A stretch of 64,000 nt of DNA, taken from the IMG/VR virus record IMGVR_UViG_3300021403_000007, positions 495 through 64,494 of that record. The stretch is one strand, 5' to 3'. Position numbers and translations under genes: made by a program. A model generated the notes under the pieces. That model did not search any database. It was not told the origin of the DNA and was given only the letters and a program-made list of their open reading frames with translations. Source of the stretch: a virus (Duplodnaviria; Caudoviricetes). Shown piece after piece: positions 40,692-48,836 of the stretch (within the stretch, counting starts at the first letter, position 1; every line of letters begins with the position of its first letter).

Positions 40692-41654
40692 TTATTGTGT
40701 TATTGGCGTTATTATATCTTGCCATATGTCGTCCCATGGGTTGTTAGTTTGGTGCCATTGCGCGTGCAAAGTTTGGCCCGTGATAGTTGCCTTCAACCTA
40801 CGTTGGGCTTTCTCTCTTTGATATGCGTGATAGAACTCGTTGAAGTGATCTGTTAATCCATCTTCAAGTAATTCGTTGGTTAGTACAGGGACGATTGTAA
40901 CACTGTCATCAGGTACAGGTGGTTTAGGTTTGTCTTTTATTATACGATAGAAAGCAATTAGTTCTGTGCCATACCCACAGATACCTTTGAACCATTTTGA
41001 TACACCTGGAACATAGCGTGGGGGTTTTGCTTCAACGTATTCTTTTAACGCCCTGAATACTAATGGATCATTTGAGTCGCTATAAAGTGATGGCACGATG
41101 GCGCGTAACCATGAGAGCATGTGAACAGTCAATGGAACTGGAATACCATTCCTAAGAAACATACTAAACAATTCAAGAGTTGTTGACCACTGTATAGCAA
41201 TGTCAACTAGTGGGACTAACTTCTTCCCAAGTTTACTCTCGATAGTAATATTGTTTATGTACCTTGGCCACAACCAATAAGTATGAGTTTGGTCAACAGT
41301 AGATTTATAGTTTAAGGAATACTCAACTCGCTGATTAAGAAACCCAGTAAATATATGAAGATTATCAGTTGACCAATTAGAAACTCTCGGCATCAACAAT
41401 GATGCATCAGTCATTGTCTGGTAGTCACCTGGGGGTATCAAGTCGTAATACAACTCCTGTTGGGCCATTGGCGTTGATAACGTGTACAACGTATCAATCG
41501 CTATTTCGCGGAGCTTATTTTTAATAAGATCGTGCGCTTTCACTTGCGCGACCGTTGGAATTTTAGTTCTTCTATGTGGTAATTCTTCCATCTTGCTCTC
41601 CAATGGTGGGGCGTCTGGGTCATCCCAGTTACACCCCGGCGGATCATAACCCAT
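40692..41654 (-). CDS. Hypothetical protein (second in-frame start at 41591)
   Basis: 320-aa ORF with RBSs at both starts. Confidence 0.7.
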   Translation of the reverse strand: MGYDPPGCNWDDPDAPPLESKMEELPHRRTKIPTVAQVKAHDLIKNKLREIAIDTLYTLSTPMAQQELYYDLIPPGDYQTMTDASLLMPRVSNWSTDNLHIFTGFLNQRVEYSLNYKSTVDQTHTYWLWPRYINNITIESKLGKKLVPLVDIAIQWSTTLELFSMFLRNGIPVPLTVHMLSWLRAIVPSLYSDSNDPLVFRALKEYVEAKPPRYVPGVSKWFKGICGYGTELIAFYRIIKDKPKPPVPDDSVTIVPVLTNELLEDGLTDHFNEFYHAYQREKAQRRLKATITGQTLHAQWHQTNNPWDDIWQDIITPITQ

Positions 41655-41665
41655 TATTACTCCTA

Positions 41666-42976
41666 TTATGTTTGGTCGAGTTGTTTCGGGAGTAACACCT
41701 TGTCACCGAACGGGATGTCATGGTTCTTAATCGTACACCAGATGACTGGGTAGGGTGGCGGCAGGAGGGGAAATGCACCCTCTAAGTCTGTGAGGTATAC
41801 CAAGACCTCTGGCTCAAGTCCCTCTTGCGCTACCCGCTCAAACACCGGACAGAAGTCAGTCCCACCTCCACCTTTGATTTTACGCATCATGTCATCGGGT
41901 GTATCAAGCTCAACATACTCATTCACTGCCGCATCACATTGCATGAACACCAATGTACGTGGACGCGCTTGCTCCATGAGTCCTACACCCTCAGTGCAGA
42001 ACATGTCCATAGTTTTCTGGTTGATACTCCCAGAGTTATCCACCACGAACACGATTGTCTCGCAGCCATACTTTACTTTCGATGGTGAGCCTATGCCTCT
42101 AAGCATCAACTCATTGTCGAGTGTAGACCATGTACTAAAGTCAGCGCCCATCCGTCGTGACATGGTGACTGTCAAGTGTTCACGCCAGTCAACTTGTGGC
42201 TCCAATAACTTAGAGAGCCCACGCTCTAGCGCCGCTGGCAATCGGCCTTGCGCCTTCGCACTGGCAAGAGCGGCAGTGAGGGCGTTGTCCCAGGCTTGCG
42301 GGTTACGTGCCTCTCGCGCTTGTGCTGGCGTCTTACCCGTGCCCTTACCAGGTGTTAAGTGCTCGTCGAAGCTCTTATCACCACCACCGTTGCCAGATGG
42401 CTTGGGCTGACCCTTACTCCCAGAGTTAGGTTTATTTTGTTTGTATAGTTTCCTGTACGCGGTGGTCAAATCATCTTGGTAGGTTATTAGTTGGGGCTCA
42501 TGCCAACAGTCCTTTGGCGCTTCCCCCACCTTGCCGCGCTTCAACATGTCATTGATAAGACAGTCAGCGGCGACTTGCATGACTTCGCTAACATAAGGGA
42601 GTTTCATGCCATCAGGGTACAGGATGTATCCGAGTTGTGCGAACCGATACATCATGCCACAATGATTGAATATACCATGACAGATTTCATGGCAAGCAAT
42701 AAACACCCGCTGTTGTAACGTATGCTTGAAATATTCTGTTGGATTAATAAACATGAACTGATCATTAGTGGCGGCAATAGGAATTTCGTCTGTGAACCAT
42801 GCCAACTCACGATCTTTATCCTGCATCATGCGGAACCATACATCGGCAAAGGCGGGCTGGTTCACCAATAGCGCTGTACGCGTCTCCATCCATAGTTTTG
42901 CCTGTTGTGGCGTTATGGGTAACTTGGGCCACTTCTCACAGCTAGTCTCGACCTTGAACGCGCCAATCTCGCCCAT
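41666..42976 (-). CDS. Metallopeptidase-like + vWA domain protein (DUF2201-like)
   Basis: AATND, HEICH, VVDNSGS, GGGGTDF, YLTDLEG. Confidence 0.88.
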   Translation of the reverse strand: MGEIGAFKVETSCEKWPKLPITPQQAKLWMETRTALLVNQPAFADVWFRMMQDKDRELAWFTDEIPIAATNDQFMFINPTEYFKHTLQQRVFIACHEICHGIFNHCGMMYRFAQLGYILYPDGMKLPYVSEVMQVAADCLINDMLKRGKVGEAPKDCWHEPQLITYQDDLTTAYRKLYKQNKPNSGSKGQPKPSGNGGGDKSFDEHLTPGKGTGKTPAQAREARNPQAWDNALTAALASAKAQGRLPAALERGLSKLLEPQVDWREHLTVTMSRRMGADFSTWSTLDNELMLRGIGSPSKVKYGCETIVFVVDNSGSINQKTMDMFCTEGVGLMEQARPRTLVFMQCDAAVNEYVELDTPDDMMRKIKGGGGTDFCPVFERVAQEGLEPEVLVYLTDLEGAFPLLPPPYPVIWCTIKNHDIPFGDKVLLPKQLDQT

Positions 42977-42977
42977 G

Positions 42978-43178
42978 TTACTCTCCCCGTTCTAAGCGGA
43001 CCAATTTTAGTGCTTTTGGTTGGGTTTCGACAATGCCGGATAATACGTGTTTCCATAATCCGGCGCGACGATAGGGTTTCCAATGAGCTTGCCAGAGATA
43101 ACCTCTCTCTTTTTCGCGTTTAGCTAGAACCAGGTCGTCAATTTCGCGAGCCCGAATAATTTTTGGTGTCTTTGCCAT
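42978..43178 (-). CDS. Hypothetical protein
   Basis: Tight packing between neighbours. Confidence 0.6.
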   Translation of the reverse strand: MAKTPKIIRAREIDDLVLAKREKERGYLWQAHWKPYRRAGLWKHVLSGIVETQPKALKLVRLERGE

Positions 43179-43603
43179 TAGCCCTCACTCCCATCACTCT
43201 CAGAGTAATACGTGTCAACGCGTTGGTCGAACAAAGTTAAATTCGTAGTACCAACATTGTCATCGACAATTGACGCCGTGATAGTTGGTGATCGCTCCGC
43301 TAGCATAGCGAGTTGTGCGTATAAGTCTGTCGCACTGCTGCGTAGCACCTCTGTGTATACCCCGCGCATAGCAGGGTCATGTGTAGGTATGTCGGCTCTG
43401 ACATGGATGGTAAAGTGTACACGCATGGTTGCTCTCCTTCCTTCTTCCTTGGCTCGGTCTTGCTCCAGCCTCCGCCACACTTCTTTGGCTATGTGCTTGA
43501 GTAAAGCCTCTAGCTCTGGACCATTCCCTTGCATATACATTCTATGCAGCTTCTCTCTTGTGGTCTCGATCATATCCTTCCACAATTGCGATGAGATTGG
43601 CAT
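43178..43603 (-). CDS. Hypothetical protein (start uncertain: 43540 or 43426)
   Basis: Strong RBS before ATG 43426. Confidence 0.55.
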   Translation of the reverse strand: MPISSQLWKDMIETTREKLHRMYMQGNGPELEALLKHIAKEVWRRLEQDRAKEEGRRATMRVHFTIHVRADIPTHDPAMRGVYTEVLRSSATDLYAQLAMLAERSPTITASIVDDNVGTTNLTLFDQRVDTYYSESDGSEG

Positions 43604-44672
43604 TCGCTTTTGTCCATGCTTTGAACTCGGGCATAACCAACACGCCCACGTTACGGTCCCGTATCATCTTCACCATCATGAACTGGAACTCGTTCGGCAG
43701 ACGGGACATGAGTGTCGCCAGCGCTGCCGCATCATGGGGCTTGGCCCAGTCAGCCAGCTTGTATCCCAGCAAGCGCAAACGATCTGGCTCCAATGGGATG
43801 GACACTGTTCCGGGATTGGCGATACATTCTTCGTAGGATGGAAGCTCTTGCGCCATGCGGAAGTGCATGAACAGTTGCTCGGCGTTCTCCTTGCCAATCC
43901 CACCAGCAATGAGTGATTGTGTTCCCACGTCGAGTGGTATCTTACTCAGAGAGTAAAGAAACATTCTGGCTTTCAAGTAGGTGTTCGCTTGTGCCAGTGA
44001 CCTAGGAGTGCAGTATGGTCCTTGGATTGCTGGTGCCTCCTGAAACAATATATGCGGGAACGTTTCGCCAAACGCAATAATCTCTGGCAATACTTTGTGT
44101 GTACGTGCCCAGTCAACCCACGCTTCACTGCTGTCTCTGACTGTGACCAATATCTGCGAGTTGATAATAAAGTCAAACGTTTTCGTGCCACCATTGCGTG
44201 AACCCAAAGGATTGCCAGCACTCCACACGACCCAGCCGGGCGGCAACCAATGCGTGCCAACTCGCTTGAGTAGCTTCATATCGCGTGTGAGCTTGCGCTC
44301 CTCGGGGTTCATCTTATCTTCTTCGTCGATAAAGATAATACCCCCAGAGTAAGAGTCAATCGGTCGGCCTTCACGCGTGATCCACCAATACGGCAGAGAG
44401 AAGTGACTGACTTTCTTTTGGAGAGTGCCGTCAACATTCATCTCCATAAACCCACATAGCCACGGCAGAGTGACGGTTAGTCCGTTGATATACACGAACC
44501 CATAGTCACCATCGGGATCAATCGTCTTAAGGATTGCAGGCGACTGGTTCATTATAGTCGTCTTGCCGCGACCGGCAGGAGACTCAAGGTGAATTGAGGG
44601 GCCATCGGGCTGGCTGGAAGCCAAGTACCATTCAGGGATGCGCTCGGCGATTTCGTTCAGTGTCAGTGCCAT
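43542..44672 (-). CDS. MoxR-like AAA+ ATPase
   Basis: Walker A SPAGRGKTT, Walker B IIFIDE, AGN sensor, TPRS; adjacent vWA gene. Confidence 0.85.
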   Translation of the reverse strand: MALTLNEIAERIPEWYLASSQPDGPSIHLESPAGRGKTTIMNQSPAILKTIDPDGDYGFVYINGLTVTLPWLCGFMEMNVDGTLQKKVSHFSLPYWWITREGRPIDSYSGGIIFIDEEDKMNPEERKLTRDMKLLKRVGTHWLPPGWVVWSAGNPLGSRNGGTKTFDFIINSQILVTVRDSSEAWVDWARTHKVLPEIIAFGETFPHILFQEAPAIQGPYCTPRSLAQANTYLKARMFLYSLSKIPLDVGTQSLIAGGIGKENAEQLFMHFRMAQELPSYEECIANPGTVSIPLEPDRLRLLGYKLADWAKPHDAAALATLMSRLPNEFQFMMVKMIRDRNVGVLVMPEFKAWTKANANLIAIVEGYDRDHKREAA

Positions 44673-44709
44673 TGGTTTGCTCTCCTTTTGGTTTCTTACT
44701 ATAAGAGTA

Positions 44710-44754
44710 AGTATACACTACAACCTGACTGCTGTCAAGCAACCTATGGTTGTA
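44710..44754 (-). promoter_or_regulatory. Sigma70 promoter with TACAAC-N24-GTTGTA inverted repeat
   Basis: Minus strand TTGACA-gcagtcaggttgtagtg-TATACT. Confidence 0.8.
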
Positions 44755-44755
44755 T

Positions 44756-45025
44756 TTACTGGCGGCAGGACGTAGGAAATTGGATGCAGTTCATCTGCTG
44801 TTCGAGATAACGCCGATCAGCATCTAGCTGTCGCTGGAAATAAAGACGGTCAGCGTCATCACGTTCTTCCCGTCGCTGTCGTGCTTGCTCACTATTACGA
44901 AGCATTTGTTCAGTCTGCATTTCCTGAAATGTTTCGTTGAGCCTGTCAATGCTATCGGATAAGTCGCCAGCATGTACAGGTGTGAAGGTGAACACGATAG
45001 CGGCAGTGAGAAGAATGCGTCGCAT
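44756..45025 (-). CDS. Hypothetical exported protein
   Basis: Signal peptide MRRILLTAAIVFTFTPVHA; GGGAG RBS. Confidence 0.65.
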   Translation of the reverse strand: MRRILLTAAIVFTFTPVHAGDLSDSIDRLNETFQEMQTEQMLRNSEQARQRREERDDADRLYFQRQLDADRRYLEQQMNCIQFPTSCRQ

Positions 45026-45049
45026 GTTTTACTCCCATAGTAAAAGAGA

Positions 45050-45290
45050 ATGGGGGAGAGATCGCACGCGCTTCACCCTCCCCCACCATTGCTTGACTTT
45101 CGTATGCTCCTTACGGGGAGACTGCATACGCCAGGACGTGACGCTGGAACGTCAAGCAAACCGTTTATTTTACTCCCGTAGTAAGTGTGCAAGTTATCGT
45201 TGTACCATTGTTGGTCGGTGTACACGTCTGACCACTTACGGGGTGAGATACAAGCCCATCCCACATGTTAGCGCACGTTGTGGGCGGCAG
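45050..45290. other. Structured intergenic region (candidate ncRNA or RNA-processing element)
   Basis: Several nested inverted repeats; no convincing ORF. Confidence 0.4.
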
Positions 45291-45376
45291 GGAGAGTTTG
45301 CATACACGTATGTACGCGTCATGGTGATACACTGTACACGCGCAAAAAGCGAGCGCAAAAAAATGATAGTTGCGTG

Positions 45377-45682
45377 TCATAAGTCTTTCACTCCTTGCAC
45401 TGTCGTCCAGTATTTCTTTATGTTCGCCAGCAAGTCACGCTTGTATGACCTGATATGTTCTGTGCTGATAACTCTATGGCTTTCAGTTATCAGGTCGTAG
45501 CGATAGACTGGCAGACCCTTACCCCAAAATTGTTTGTATCTGCGCTTGTAAGCGTCTGTCAGTGTAACGCAATAGTTCTTGTCAAGATTAATTTTTTTAA
45601 TTCGAGCAACAAACAAAGGTAAATCAATTGGTTGTTTGGTCATACGTTGATTGCGATAGGCGCGAGTGCTATATGTTTTCAT
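45377..45682 (-). CDS. Hypothetical basic protein
   Basis: ORF track 45377-45709; likely start at MKTYST. Confidence 0.55.
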   Translation of the reverse strand: MKTYSTRAYRNQRMTKQPIDLPLFVARIKKINLDKNYCVTLTDAYKRRYKQFWGKGLPVYRYDLITESHRVISTEHIRSYKRDLLANIKKYWTTVQGVKDL

Positions 45683-45694
45683 AGCGACCCCCAT

Positions 45695-45730
45695 AAAAAA
45701 ACCCCCCACTACCTTGCGGCAGTGAGGGGA
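45695..45730 (-). terminator. Rho-independent terminator after the 343-aa early gene
   Basis: Imperfect GC stem followed by a T7 tract on the minus strand. Confidence 0.5.
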
Positions 45731-45756
45731 TTGTTTACTCTAAGAGTAAGAGAAGG

Positions 45757-46788
45757 TTATTCAGTCTCGCCTTCCTCTTCAATCACCTCTTCGTCTTCGA
45801 AGGCTTCAGCGTCGTCACCTTCAACTTGTTCGCCGTTCTCGGCGTCTTGGATTGCCTTCTCACGATCCTTCGCCGCCTTGTCGGCAGCAGCTTGCGCCTT
45901 CTTTGCCGCTGCATCGAGTTTCTTCTGGCGAATTGCTTCGATGTCGGCATCGCGTTGGTTGAGCGCTTCGAGATCGTTCTCCGCGATCACTGTGCGCAAC
46001 GCATCCACAATGTTCGGCAACGCATCGTGCGTGATTGGATCGCGCGCCATATGTGTAGACGTCTCCGCCTTGCCGCGCATAGCACTCTCAACCAAGTTGA
46101 GCGCTTGAATAAGAACTGTTGCTCCCGTAGTAACCTTTTCCAACTTGTAGTCGAGCATTAGTTCTTTCATTTGATCGGCAGTGAGAGCAACGCCCTGCTG
46201 TTCAGGCTTGCACTGTGCGACCGCGATAGCGTACAGCGAAGTATACGTAGACCGATACTTCACATGCGGGCCGTACTCCTCGGACTTAACCAACTCCGCA
46301 TGAAGATCTTTGGCGTCATCAAAAACCTTCAATGCCTCGTCTTCATACTTCGTACCAAGGCGAATGAACGCACGCACCTTGCTTAGTTGGGCAGAAGTGG
46401 AGTTCTTTTCGGCGCCCGTGACGCCAGTTGACGCTTTCTGGCTGGACTCCATGAAGGCTGTATAGAAGTCTGAAGCGTCCTGAGACTTGCCGGTCGCGGT
46501 GATTGTGCCATCAGCACCACCCCGAACAAGCACGCGTGCAAACGAAACGTGCGATCGCTTGCCCGCTCCGTCCTGTTCACCGAACTTTCGCGCCTCGGCA
46601 AGCAACGCTTTCTTGTCTTGTGAGCGGTTTGGGGGCACCTGATTTTGCGTTGGCTTGACCGGTGCTTGTGCGGCAGGGGTGGGAGTGACTGGAATGCCGC
46701 CAGCGTTTACTGGAACTGTCGGTGCGGACGCAATATCGTCGAGCGCTTGTGCGTCGGCATCCTTAAGTTTTAGGGGTCGAATTGCCAT
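45757..46788 (-). CDS. Early hypothetical protein, acidic tail
   Basis: 343-aa ORF with RBS GGAGAGTAA, its own promoter and a terminator. Confidence 0.8.
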   Translation of the reverse strand: MAIRPLKLKDADAQALDDIASAPTVPVNAGGIPVTPTPAAQAPVKPTQNQVPPNRSQDKKALLAEARKFGEQDGAGKRSHVSFARVLVRGGADGTITATGKSQDASDFYTAFMESSQKASTGVTGAEKNSTSAQLSKVRAFIRLGTKYEDEALKVFDDAKDLHAELVKSEEYGPHVKYRSTYTSLYAIAVAQCKPEQQGVALTADQMKELMLDYKLEKVTTGATVLIQALNLVESAMRGKAETSTHMARDPITHDALPNIVDALRTVIAENDLEALNQRDADIEAIRQKKLDAAAKKAQAAADKAAKDREKAIQDAENGEQVEGDDAEAFEDEEVIEEEGETE

Positions 46789-46840
46789 TTGGTTTACTCT
46801 CCGTGTTGGGTTTGGCGTGATTGCCTGATACCCGTTGCCT

Positions 46841-46868
46841 ATTTTACTCCTGTAGTAAGATTTGTCAA
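46841..46868 (-). promoter_or_regulatory. Sigma70-like early promoter with the palindromic site in its spacer/-10
   Basis: TTGACA-N16-TAAAAT with TTACTCCTGTAGTAA at 46844-46858. Confidence 0.65.
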
Positions 46869-46899
46869 TAGGCTAATAGCGGCAGAGTGAGGGTTGCCG

Positions 46900-47360
46900 C
46901 AAATAAATTTGTCTACAGTGTTAACATGTAACATTTTCGGAAAATCAGTAAATGATGTCGCCTTAATCGCCATACAACCTGAGTTTTGATTATTTCGGTT
47001 GTACACTTTTAACGATTATGAAACATGTTGTGTTCATTTATGTATTTGTTTTTATTATGTTTTTTGGCAAAAAAAAATAAACATGTTGTGCCCAAAACAG
47101 GGTAGGGGTCGGATGCGCTCACGCGTAGCGTATGCGCGTAAGAGCAAGGAAAAATTTTACTATAGGGTATATATATATATAAAATCATATTTAATAAGTA
47201 TTATTAGAATAAACTTTCTTTTCACTGCCGTTACTTAGGCGCAACTTTAAAAGTAATACTTTATGTAGATTTATCAATGATATCAATGGGTTACGGGGAG
47301 GAACTAGTTTGTATGATTGTGTTCATTTTGCTAACCAGAAGAGTATAGCACGATTTCTGT
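46900..47360. other. AT-rich non-coding region; candidate replication origin or packaging/terminus region
   Basis: (TA)n at 47168-47181; direct repeats AAACATGTTGTG (47021, 47079) and TTGTGTTCATTT (47028, 47317). Confidence 0.45.
47281..47293 (+). promoter_or_regulatory. IHF consensus match
   Basis: TATCAATGGGTTA fits WATCAANNNNTTR. Confidence 0.35.
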
Positions 47361-47659
47361 AAATCAGAAATGTTTACGAAAACGATTGCGCTGTTCCTGC
47401 CTTGCGGCAGAAAGCATTGGCCGGTCGAGTTGAACTTGTTTTTTGAACGCGATTTGGTTAGCACGCAGGTAGGGTTTTTGTGTTATACATTGGGATTTGA
47501 GTTTTTCGTGTTTTGGCGCAAGTGCGCGATTGGCGCTGGATGACATATTAGTGAACCTTTCGTTTGCGTGAGATAAAGAACGAAAAGCCAAATCGCCCGA
47601 TACGGACGAAATGTAACCCGCCAATTTTTTTGTATTGGAACATTTTTTACTCCTGTAGT

Positions 47660-48170
47660 AAACAAGTCCAATATATTGGACTTGTCATTGGGGTAATAAC
47701 GTAAAACAAGCTTGCGGGGATTGCTAGTCCCCGCCAACTCCACAATAGGAAGTTATTAGCTTGTCACGGTTTAGGCATTGAACCGTGAACCGTCTCTTAG
47801 AACTTACTCTAAGAGTAACCCTCTTGAATAGCAGGGAGGGCCGCGTACACGCGGGTATCACCTGTGAGGGTATCAGGCACGGACGCAACTGTGCGCCAAG
47901 TAGGCCGTAACGCGCGGGCTTCGCCATATCGCCCTTGAACGCGGGTCCGCTGGATTAACGACGGGACACGTCAGACCATGATATCCCACCGACGGGAAAG
48001 GCAACTCCCGCAACATTCGACTGCCCGATTACCTCCTTTCATCTTCCTAGCCTATCCACGGGGAATACTTTTGGGAGTAAGGCTCAGAGCTTTGGACATC
48101 CGGCGCCCCATGATGGACAAGGCCAGGGGTAAGCCTGGCCGCGTTTAGGTACTTTGAAAATACCTAAGAC
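47660..48170 (+). ncRNA. Candidate large structured ncRNA
   Basis: About 12 hairpins; G-U pairs and GNRA-like loops favour the plus strand; no credible ORF. Confidence 0.45.
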
Positions 48171-48190
48171 CCAAAAATCAACCCAGCCAT

Positions 48191-48289
48191 TCACCATCGT
48201 ACCCTTTTAGCAAAACTAATATAAAGTGCCACGAAAATCAAGAAAACAATAAAACCACCAAGCGCTATCCATCCCAAGATTACCCACAT
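48191..48289 (-). CDS. Single-TM micro-protein, 32 aa
   Basis: Manual translation MWVILGWIALGGFIVFLIFVALYISFAKRVRW; RBS GGAGGT. Confidence 0.6.
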   Translation of the reverse strand: MWVILGWIALGGFIVFLIFVALYISFAKRVRW

Positions 48290-48290
48290 A

Positions 48291-48647
48291 TCAAACCTCC
48301 TTACCTTCCAACACCCCCACTCTTTCCTCCAACCGTCTAAGCACATTCACCAGCGCCTGCACCCTCTCACTCACCCCACTCATCTCTGCCGTCATTTTAA
48401 CGTGAAAACCCCTAAGCTCTAATCCAATCTCCTTTAATTCCTTCGCCCCCTCCGCTGCCTCCCCAATCTTCTCCCTTAACTCCTTCAAAAGCTCCACTGC
48501 CGCCTTCTCCCGCTTTTCAAGTTCTTCCAAACGCTGGTCAACGGTCGCGTTCCACACTTCATATTGGAAAGCGATATCACTTAGCTCCTTATAATACTTT
48601 TTAGCGTCTTCTGCTCTCTTAGCCCTCACTGCCGCATTATCAACCAT
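48291..48647 (-). CDS. Coiled-coil hypothetical protein
   Basis: E/K/L-rich heptads; AGGAG RBS. Confidence 0.7.
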   Translation of the reverse strand: MVDNAAVRAKRAEDAKKYYKELSDIAFQYEVWNATVDQRLEELEKREKAAVELLKELREKIGEAAEGAKELKEIGLELRGFHVKMTAEMSGVSERVQALVNVLRRLEERVGVLEGKEV

Positions 48648-48675
48648 CTTTCCTACTCCTGTATTAAGCCTTTAG

Positions 48676-48698
48676 TGCCCGGACTTGATCCGGGTATC
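48676..48698. repeat. REP-like hairpin resembling alphaproteobacterial intergenic repeats
   Basis: TGCCCGGACTTGATCCGGGTATC. Confidence 0.45.
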
Positions 48699-48791
48699 AG
48701 ACACATTTCCTGATAATCAGGAAATGTACTACATGTTAAACACGTTTAATGTTTTTCAGAAAACCTCACTAAAAACGTGATCATTATTAAA

Positions 48792-48836
48792 TACAACCTG
48801 TGGTTGCTTGACAGGGGTCAGGTTGTATGCTATACT
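48792..48836 (+). promoter_or_regulatory. Sigma70 promoter upstream of terL with TACAAC-N24-GTTGTA inverted repeat
   Basis: TTGACA(48808)-ggggtcaggttgtatgc-TATACT(48831). Confidence 0.8.

Noticed and set aside
45089-45159. Hammerhead ribozyme (three-way junction with GAAA on the minus strand)
   Set aside because: The CUGANGA core is absent.
47662-47685. Protelomerase target site (perfect 24-bp palindrome)
   Set aside because: No protelomerase or tyrosine-recombinase gene recognised; kept only as part of the structured locus.
46999-47927. ORFs 46999-47238, 47364-47624, 47483-47743 and 47724-47927
   Set aside because: Atypical composition, non-ATG starts or no RBS, and mutual overlap; more consistent with non-coding DNA.
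48736-48749. CtrA box
   Set aside because: TTAA-N6-TTAA, not the N7 spacing of the consensus.
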